Assembly: GCA_942490575.1 (NCBI GenBank)
Contig: CALNYA010000048.1
Span: forward strand, 28,179-92,178
Source: an uncultured Verrucomicrobiota bacterium
GTDB lineage: Bacteria > Verrucomicrobiota > Verrucomicrobiia > Limisphaerales > CAIMTB01
Length of the DNA stretch: 64,000 nucleotides
Direction: 5' to 3'
The notes under the pieces: model-generated
What the model saw: the letters and a program-made list of their open reading frames with translations, nothing else
Databases searched by the model: none
What the model was told of the DNA's origin: nothing
Position numbers and translations under genes: made by a program
Part shown: positions 56,534 through 64,000 of the stretch, in pieces
How the letters are laid out: each line of letters starts with the position of its first letter
Numbering within the stretch: position 1 is the stretch's first letter

Positions 56534-58413
56534 GGCTTGGGGTGTCCTTCGGGGGCGACGGGCTTGGGTTCAGGGGGCGCCGACTCGCGAAACTGGAGGT
56601 CGTATAGCCGGCGGTAAAGTCCGCCTCGGGCGAGGAGTTCCTCGTGACGGCCTTGATCGACGATCCGCCCCTGGTCCAAGACGACGATGAGATCGGCCCG
56701 CTGGATGGTGGAAAGGCGGTGGGCGATGCAGAGGCTGGTGCGGCCCCGCATGAGGGTTTCGAGCGCGGACTGCACGTAGCGTTCGCTCTCGGTGTCGAGG
56801 GAGCTGGTGGCCTCGTCGAGGATCAGGATGGGCGCGTCGCGGAGGAGGGCGCGGGCGATCGCGAGACGCTGGCGCTGGCCTCCGGAGAGGGCTGAGCCGC
56901 GCTCGCCGATGACCGTATCGTACCCGTCGGGTTTCTGGACGATGAATTCCTGGGCGAAAGCGTGGCGCGCGGCGGCTTCGATTTCCGGTTGGGTCGCTCC
57001 GGGGCGGCCCAGTTCGAGATTGCGGCGGATGGTGTCGTGGAAGAGGTAGACGTCCTGGCCGACGACGGCGATCTGGTTGCGGAGATCGGTCTGGGAGGCC
57101 TCGCGGAGGTCGGTGTCGCCGATGCGGATCCGGCCCTGATCGGGGTCGTGAAAGCGGAGGAGCAGATTCGCGAGAGTGGACTTGCCGGCGCCGCTCGGGC
57201 CGACCAAGGCGACCATTTTACCCGCGGGAATGACGAGGTTGATGCCGCGGAGCGCGGGTTTGCCGTCGTAGGAGAATTCGAGGTTCTCGAAGTGGATGGC
57301 GGCGCCGGCGGCTCGGATGGGTTTTGGCGCCGGCGGATCCTGAAGATCGGATGGAGTGTCGAGGATCTCGAAGACCCGCCGGCTGGAGGCGCGGGCCTGG
57401 ATCAGAAGGTTCTGGAGTTTGATGAGGGAACGGATGCGCTGGTAGAGGAGGACGATGGTGAGGACGAAGGTGAGGAACGTCGCCGCGGACGTCCCAGCGT
57501 CGGCGCGCAGCGCGACGAACCCGAGCATGACGGCGAGGCCGACGGCTCCGCCGAACTCGATGAGGGGCCCGGGCAGTTCGCTGGCCCGGGTGGCGCGCAT
57601 CCAGCGATCGTTGTAGCCGGAGACCTTCTGGCCGAAACGTTCCACCATGACGGGTTCGAGGTTGCAGGCTTTGACCAGCCAGACCCCGGACAGCGTGTCG
57701 TGCGTGACCTGGCTGACCTCCGCCGCGTCGCTTTGCAGCTTCTCCATGGCTTTGCGCAGCTTTCGGGCGAACACGACGACCGGGACCACGCAGACGGGAA
57801 AGACCACGAGGGCCGTCAGGGTGAGGCTGCGGAACTGGAAGAACAGATAGGCGATGAACGCGAGGAGGGCGACCGGATCCTTGATCAGCGAGACAAAGGA
57901 ATTGGCGAGGGCGTTGTGCAGCGCGGCGACGTCGTTGTTGAGGCGGGACATGAGTTCGCCGGTCCCGAATTTCTGGAGCACCCGCAAGGGGAGTCGAAGC
58001 AGATGATCGAGCAGGCGCGAACGGAAGTCGGCCAGGGTGTGGACGGCGACCCAATTGAGCAGGTAGGCGTTGAGAAAGCCGACGGCGCCTCGGAGCAGCA
58101 CCACGAGGGGGAGCAGCGAGACCACGATCACAATCAGGCCGACCGACGGGCCCTCGCCTTCCAACTCGATCCCTGGGAGCACCTGTTGGTTCAGCGCGTC
58201 GGCGAGCGACGGAAAATACGACCTGAGCCCCTCGATGCGGCCGCCGATTTCGGCTCGGCCGGACTCGGGGAAGATGATGGCGAACACCAGCGAGATGACG
58301 GCCGGGACCGCCGCTTCCAGGATCCCCGCCGCCAGGCCGAAGACGATGCCGACGTAGAGGCGCCCGCGGTACGGCCCGGTCAGGGCCCACAAGCGTTGGA
58401 TAAAGCCGAACAT
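56530..58413 (-). CDS. ABC exporter, fused permease-ATPase, MsbA/lipid-A-flippase-like
   Basis: 627 aa. A six-TM N-terminal half is followed by Walker A GPSGAGKST, signature [15 protein letters not shown], Walker B ILILDEATSSLD and H-loop CIAHRLST. Confidence 0.9.
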   Translation of the reverse strand: MFGFIQRLWALTGPYRGRLYVGIVFGLAAGILEAAVPAVISLVFAIIFPESGRAEIGGRIEGLRSYFPSLADALNQQVLPGIELEGEGPSVGLIVIVVSLLPLVVLLRGAVGFLNAYLLNWVAVHTLADFRSRLLDHLLRLPLRVLQKFGTGELMSRLNNDVAALHNALANSFVSLIKDPVALLAFIAYLFFQFRSLTLTALVVFPVCVVPVVVFARKLRKAMEKLQSDAAEVSQVTHDTLSGVWLVKACNLEPVMVERFGQKVSGYNDRWMRATRASELPGPLIEFGGAVGLAVMLGFVALRADAGTSAATFLTFVLTIVLLYQRIRSLIKLQNLLIQARASSRRVFEILDTPSDLQDPPAPKPIRAAGAAIHFENLEFSYDGKPALRGINLVIPAGKMVALVGPSGAGKSTLANLLLRFHDPDQGRIRIGDTDLREASQTDLRNQIAVVGQDVYLFHDTIRRNLELGRPGATQPEIEAAARHAFAQEFIVQKPDGYDTVIGERGSALSGGQRQRLAIARALLRDAPILILDEATSSLDTESERYVQSALETLMRGRTSLCIAHRLSTIQRADLIVVLDQGRIVDQGRHEELLARGGLYRRLYDLQFRESAPPEPKPVAPEGHPKP

Positions 58414-58553
58414 GCGCCGCTTTGGACTGTGGGAAGTGGGTTCGCCAGGGGCCGGATGTTTTCGCGATGGCGATGAAGTCGCCCGGGGGGTTCTAGCGGA
58501 GGCGATTCATCCGCGGAGCCGTGTGTCTCGGCGTCGCCGATCGGTTCGATCTT

Positions 58554-59825
58554 CTAGGGCTTCGCCGACGCGCCGATGCGGTAGAGATTCTCCTCGGACC
58601 GGATGAACAACGCGCCATCCGTGACGGCGTAGGAGGCCAAGGTGCGCTCGCCGATGGGGTTCTCGGCCAGTTTCCGGAATTCCTTGCCCGGAGCGACGAC
58701 GACTCCGACGCCCTGTTCGTCGAGGAGATAGATGCGGCCGTCGGCGAGGATGGGCGATGCCGAGCTCTGGCCGCAGGCGCGTTCCTGGTAGTGCGCGGCG
58801 CCGGTCTGGGCGTCGACGCAGCTCAGGACACCGTTGTCGGCGAGGAGGTAAAGCTCATCGCCCAGGACCAGGAAGGACGGGGTGTTGGGGGCGCCGCGCC
58901 GCAGGGTCCAGGCGATGTGCGAGTCCGTGACGTCGCCGCTGCCATCCAGGCGAACCGCGATCACGGTGGGCGCTTCGTACCCCGTGGAAATGAACGTCAG
59001 TCCGTGGCTGAAGACGGGCTTGGCGATCACCGACCACCCGCCGTACCGGGCCCGCCAAAGCTCCCGCCCGTCGTCGGGATCATACGAAGCGACGAATCCG
59101 CTGGCGGGACTGATGATCTGTCGCCGGCCCTGGGACTCGGTGTAGGACGCGGTCGAGAACGAGAAGGTCCTGGGAAAGGACGATTTCCGGTCGACCTTCC
59201 AGCGGACCGAACCGTCCGCGCAGTTCAGGGCGACGACGAAAGGGTCGGAACCTCCGTCGCAACTGACGAAAAGATCCTCGCCGACCAGGATCGGGGTTCC
59301 TCCGTTGCCATGGACCGGCGTGTATTTGAGGGAGTTGTTCCGCCAGAGGATCCGGCCCTCGAGATCCAGGGCGGCTGTGCCCATGTGCCCGAAGTGGACG
59401 TAAACTCGGCCGTCGTGAACCAGGGGGGTGGGGCTCGCATGGCTGTTCTTGCGATGCGGCGCGGGGGCTCCCTCGCCCTCGCTGAAAACCGTGGTCTTCC
59501 AGAGGGTCCTTCCGGTGCCGGCATCCAGACAAATCGCCGAGAGTTGAAGGTCGTTGGAGTCGGCCGGACCGATGGCGGAAGTCAGGAAGAGACGTTGTCC
59601 GACTAGGACGGGCGACGACCAACCGCGGCCTGGGACCGAAACCTTCCAGGCGACATTGCTGGCGGAGGACCAGTGAACGGGAACCTGCCGGGCGGAACTA
59701 TGTCCGTCGCCGGTGGGTCCGCGGAATTGGGGCCAGTCGGGGGCGGCCGCCGCCTGGAGCGTGATCCAGGCGCCGACAAGCGCCGTGCCGAGTGTGGCGG
59801 TCCCGAGGGGGCGCGAACGAGTCAT
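58554..59825 (-). CDS. PQQ-like (BamB-like) beta-propeller repeat protein, secreted
   Basis: 423 aa. The signal peptide is followed by the family-typical start DWPQFRGPTGDGHS and repeated W-containing blades (VAWKVSVPGRGWSSPV, TLWKT, ILWRN, VRWKV, ELWRA). Confidence 0.8.
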   Translation of the reverse strand: MTRSRPLGTATLGTALVGAWITLQAAAAPDWPQFRGPTGDGHSSARQVPVHWSSASNVAWKVSVPGRGWSSPVLVGQRLFLTSAIGPADSNDLQLSAICLDAGTGRTLWKTTVFSEGEGAPAPHRKNSHASPTPLVHDGRVYVHFGHMGTAALDLEGRILWRNNSLKYTPVHGNGGTPILVGEDLFVSCDGGSDPFVVALNCADGSVRWKVDRKSSFPRTFSFSTASYTESQGRRQIISPASGFVASYDPDDGRELWRARYGGWSVIAKPVFSHGLTFISTGYEAPTVIAVRLDGSGDVTDSHIAWTLRRGAPNTPSFLVLGDELYLLADNGVLSCVDAQTGAAHYQERACGQSSASPILADGRIYLLDEQGVGVVVAPGKEFRKLAENPIGERTLASYAVTDGALFIRSEENLYRIGASAKP

Positions 59826-59997
59826 GGGGAACAGCCTACGGATCCGGCGGGCGCGGGCCAGCCCGGAGGTGGGTCCTGCCGTGGCGCGAAAAAAGGGTGC
59901 GGAAACGGCGTTGCGATGGGGTCGCGTCTAAAATTTTGACAATCGATTCCCGTGGGGTTCCGTCGAGTTTCTCGGGAAGAGATGAATGTCAAAAAGG

Positions 59998-60654
59998 TCA
60001 ATGTTTGACCCCACCGCCCTGGCGGCAGAGGACTTCCAGCGCCTGCACGCCCGCCGCGTTCCGGTTGTCGGTGCCGAGCTTCTCGAAGATGTGGCCGAGG
60101 TGGACTTTGACCGTCTTCTCGGCCATGCCGAGAATGACGCCGATCTCGCCGTTGGATTTTCCTTGGGCGACCCAAAGCAGGACTTCGGCCTCGCGGCGGG
60201 TGAGGCGGAGATGGGATTCGAGCGGTGTGGCGGTGGAAAAATCGGGGTGGAACGCGACTTTTTCGCGGAGGGCCTGCTCCTTTTCACCATGGCGGACGAG
60301 GCGGCTGCGAACGGCGGCGAGGACTTCGTCGACGGTGGCCGGCTTGGTGAGGTAGTCGTCGGCGCCGAGGTCCATTCCGATGCGCTGGTCCTTACGTTCC
60401 CCCCGCGCCGTGAGGAAGATGAAGGGGATGGTCGACGTGGAGGAGGTCGTCCGAAGGGCTTCCAGGACACCGTGCCCATCCAACTCGGGCATCATGACAT
60501 CGCACAGGATGAGGTCCGGGGGGTCGCGATGGACTGCGGCGAGGCCCGCGGCTCCGTTGTGGGCGGTGACGGCGCGGAAGCCTTCCATCTCAAGGATGGT
60601 CTGGAGGTTCTCGCGGGTTTGATCGTCGTCTTCGATGACGAGAATGGTCTTCAT
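59998..60654 (-). CDS. Two-component response regulator, NarL/LuxR family
   Basis: Start at ATG 60654 (MKTILVIEDDD) within track ORF 59998..61458. The receiver Asp lies in LILCDVMMPELDG. The C-terminal HTH is LTRREAEVLLWVAQGKSNGEIGVILGMAEKTVKVHLGHIFEKLG. The start overlaps the kinase stop (TGATG). Confidence 0.9.
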   Translation of the reverse strand: MKTILVIEDDDQTRENLQTILEMEGFRAVTAHNGAAGLAAVHRDPPDLILCDVMMPELDGHGVLEALRTTSSTSTIPFIFLTARGERKDQRIGMDLGADDYLTKPATVDEVLAAVRSRLVRHGEKEQALREKVAFHPDFSTATPLESHLRLTRREAEVLLWVAQGKSNGEIGVILGMAEKTVKVHLGHIFEKLGTDNRNAAGVQALEVLCRQGGGVKH

Positions 60655-63600
60655 CAGGAACTGGGTTCGGAGTAGGGGGTTGAAGGCGTGGGTCGCCACA
60701 ATGGGATTCGGACTTCGAAGGTGGTTCCACCGCCCTCCCTCGATTCGTAGGCGAGGGAGCCCTGGTGGAGTTCGGTGCAGCGACGGACGATCACGAGGCC
60801 GAGGCCGGACCCTGGGGCCTGGCCGACGTTGCTGCCACGGTGGAATGCGGAGAAGAGGCGGGCGCGGTCGGCCACGGGGATGCCCAGGCCGCGGTCCTCG
60901 ATCTCGAAGATCGCCTCGGTGTTGCTCCGGCGGAGGCGGAACGCCACGGGCTGTTCGGGCGGCGAGTACTTCACCGCGTTCGAGAGAAGATTGGTGAAGA
61001 TGTGACCGAGCAGCGCCTCGTCGCCCGCGGCCGCGGCCAAGTCGCCTTGGAGATCGATTCGGATGGGGCAACGCTGGTCGGTGGCGGCGCGGATGTCGTC
61101 GGCGACGCGCTGGCAGAAGGCCGGGAGGTCGACCGGAGCCGGCAGGAATTCCATGCGTCCGGCGTCGAATCGGCCGAGGAGCAGGACCTCGTTCATCATG
61201 TGGGCCATGTGCCGCACGGACGAGGTGATGGCGCGAAGCTGGCGGACGCGCTGATCGGGGGCGAGGCGGTCGTGGTAGCGTTCGAGGATCTCGCCGGACG
61301 AGAGGATGATCTCGAGGGGGGTCCGGAACTCGTGGGAGACCAGGGACACGAAGCTGGTCTTGAGCTGGCTCAGTTCGCGTTCCTTGGCGAGGGCTATCGA
61401 CGCCTCCAACTCCGCCTGCTTCCTGGCGGTGATGTCGAGGGCGAAGACGATGACGCAACTTCTCCCGGCGATTTCGATGACGTCGGCGGATTCGACGGTC
61501 GTGAGGATCGTTCCGTCATGCCGGCGCATGACGGTTTCCTCGTTGCGGAACGAACCGGTGGCGCGTAGGCACTCGAAGAGCCGTTCCCGATGCGCCGGTT
61601 CCTGCCAGAGATTCAGGTCCAGCGACGTTCGGCCGAGGGCATCCGCCCGCGAGTACCCATAGGTGCGGACGAAACCCTCGTTGACGTCGAGGTAGCGGCC
61701 GTTCTCGAGGGACACGATGGCCAGGGCGCCCTGGCAGTTGTGAAAAGCCTTGCTGAACCGCTCCTCGGATTCACGGAGGCGGGCCTCGCTGGCGCGAAGT
61801 TCGTCAACCGTCCTGCGCCGGTCGATGGCGATGGCGATCTGTTCGGCGACGAATCCGAGGACGTCCTTCTCCTCCTGACCGAAAGCCCTGGGGTTGTGGT
61901 ATTCCTGGACGGCGAGGACACCGAACGGACGGCCGCGGAGGGCGAGCGGCGCGCCCAGCCAGAGAGCCGCCTCGGAACCGATAGCCACGCAGTCGCCGCG
62001 TTCGTAGAGCTCGGCGCAGGCGGCGCGGTCCGCGAGAAGCGGGCGCCCGGTCCGGAGGACGTACTCGGTGAATCCACGGGCGGGGCGCCGGGAGGGTGGG
62101 GTGGGGTCCTTTTCGTCGGCGTAATAGGGAAAGCTGATGAGATCCGAGACGGGGTCGTAGCTGGCGATGTAGAGATTCTCCGCGTTCATCAACTGTCGGA
62201 TCACGGCGTGGATTCGGCAGTAGAGGGCCGTGAGGTCCTCCGCGTTGTTGGCGGCTTCCGAGATTTCGTAGATCGCCTTCCGGATGCGTCCCGCGCGGTG
62301 GCGGGCGGTGATGTCGGTGAGCGTTCCGATGACCAGCGTCCGGCCTTCGCGCGGAAGGAGCGCCAGATTGATTTCACACGGGAAGTCGCGCCCCTCGACG
62401 TCGCAATGAACCCATTCGAATCGGTGGGAACCGCCCGCGAGGGTGCGGTGGATGTGCTTCGTCGCGCCCTCGCGGGATAGGATTCCGTCCGGTTGCGCGA
62501 CAGGACTCAGGTCGAAGAAGCATTTTCCAATGAGATCGGCCTGCGACATGCCGAAAAGGGAGGAGGCCGCCTCGTTCGCCTCGACGAATCGGGCGCTGGA
62601 AGGATCGAGGACGACGATCCCGTCGGGGCTGTGCTCGAGGATGGCGCGGATGCGCGCCTCGCTTTCGAGCAGGGCCGTCTCGACCCGGCGCTGGGAATCC
62701 ACTTTCTCCTCGAGATTCTGGTTGGCCCGGGTCAGTTCGGTGGTCCTCGCCTTGATGCGATCCTCAAGTTGGCGGTTGATGGCGCGCTGAGCGCCTCTCT
62801 CGCGCCAGAGGACGACGGCCCACCCGAGGAGGGCCAGCGTGACGATGGTGCAGTAGATGAGGACGCGGGCGGCGTCCTGATTGAGCCAGGCGGGGGGGGA
62901 TGCTGAGGACGACGATGTCGGCGTCGGAACGCAGGCGAAGCCGGCAATCGCTGAATTCATTGGACGCGGACGGCTTTCGCTCGATGAATCCCCGGAGTTG
63001 GAGGGTGGTTCCCAGCCGAACTCCGGGTGCCGGACCATGGACCTCGGGAAGGGCGACCTCGAACTGTTCGGATTTCTGGAAAAGACGCCACCGGTGGACT
63101 TCCGTGCCCGTGGATTCACCGGGTTGGAGTTCCTCGCGGAACTCGGCGACGACTTCCACCAGGGTGTGGAGCGGTTGGCCTTTTCGAATGTCGACGGCCG
63201 TCACGGTCAACGGGTTCGGAGCCGTCCAGGAGGCGGGAGGTTGGACTCCGCGGACTTGGGCATCGACCAGGCGTGGAGGCGTGGGTTCCCGGGCGAGGTA
63301 CCCCACCACCTCGACGAAGTCGCCCGGAGCAAGCTTTGGCGGCGCGGGGCGCTGGTCTTCGGATCCGTTCGGGTCGTCGATCGCAGCGTTTTGGAGGATG
63401 TCGACCCGGATGCCGGCGTCGCCTTCCTGGAGGACCAGTTCGCCGGGTGTGGTATGGACGACGGACCCGCGAAGGACCCGCCTCGCATCAGCCGGCCATT
63501 CCTCGGGATCGTCCGAAAGGTCCGGGAGATGCACGGTGGGAAGGGCGAATGGATCCGCGGGGGGTGCCTCAAGGACGGTGTAATGATCGAGGTCGGGCAC

Positions 63601-64000
63601 GAACACCCGGACCTCGATCAGGTTCCCATCCACATCGGCGGACTGGCTGGCGACGGCCTGGACCCGGACCCGGGAATGGACAAAATCGGCCGGAGGAATC
63701 CGTCCTTCGATCATGGGGGAATGGGCGATGAACTCCTTGCCGGCGACGGCGAGTCCGACCTCGAGACGTTGGCGGCGAAGCACCCAACGTCGGACGACCG
63801 CCTCGAATTCGATCCAGCGGGAATCCCAGCGGCCCGTGAGTAGATCCTCCGAAGTCGCGGGGGCGGGAGTGGGGATCGATGCCGTGCCGAGGATCTCGAT
63901 GGATTCCTCGTTGAGGGCGTTCCTGGGTTTGTTTCCGGTCGTGTGACCCTCGATCCGAAGAAGTTGGCCTGGGCGGAATCTTGGACGCCGGTGTGTACCG
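60654..64000 (-). pseudogene. Sensor histidine kinase (large extracytoplasmic domain, TM, PAS-GAF-PAS, HisKA-HATPase). Frameshifted in a G8 run, and the N-terminus lies beyond the window end
   Basis: ORF 60654..63119 carries H-box SHEFRTPLE, NLLSNAVKYS, DRGLGIP and GSGLGLVIV. Upstream ORF 62764..63783 joins it at ...DADIVVLSIPP | AWLNQDAARVLIYCTIV if the run at 62892-62899 has 7 G instead of 8. I checked that the upstream frame stays open from 63783 to base 64000. Confidence 0.8.

Overview
High-GC chromosomal segment whose gene content points to the PVC superphylum, Verrucomicrobiota or Planctomycetota-like. The markers are a PSCyt/DUF1549/DUF1553 + DUF1501 pair, DUF1080, FG-GAP/ASPIC and LVIVD beta-propeller proteins, and PQQ-like propellers. 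That taxonomic call is inference only.

Most of the window is housekeeping:
- lipA, rlmD-like, folB, ribE and tRNA-Leu(GAG)
- iscA plus a J-domain co-chaperone
- gcvP
- a complete F1Fo ATP synthase operon (atpBEFHAGDC)
- clpB and an msbA-like exporter

Signalling genes are a PQQ-propeller -> receiver-adenylate-cyclase -> 1414-aa hybrid histidine kinase operon, a second GAF/PAS kinase with a LuxR-type regulator, and an ECF sigma with an anti-sigma-vWA protein.

The observations I rate highest:
1. A single-gene ABC-ATPase + DUF4435/TOPRIM-like fusion (merged-PARIS / OLD-like defence architecture) whose start overlaps the lipA stop.
2. A HAD-phosphatase/Nudix fusion translationally coupled to folB. 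It is a candidate for the complete dihydroneopterin-triphosphate dephosphorylation step of folate synthesis.
3. A 4-kb indel hotspot that breaks the tolC-linked macA/macB efflux genes about 23 times while every catalytic motif stays intact.
4. Four isolated frameshifts, in atpA, DUF1501, a GH-like gene and a sensor kinase. Two of them sit in 7-8 nt G/C homopolymers.
5. A family of short palindromic repeats that bracket clpB and an esterase gene. One copy lies in frame inside the anti-sigma gene.
6. A perfect TGTGA-N6-TCACA palindrome in the divergent atp promoter region.

I found no CRISPR array, transposase, integrase or rRNA. All calls come from reading the sequence and ORF track by eye. No searches were run.
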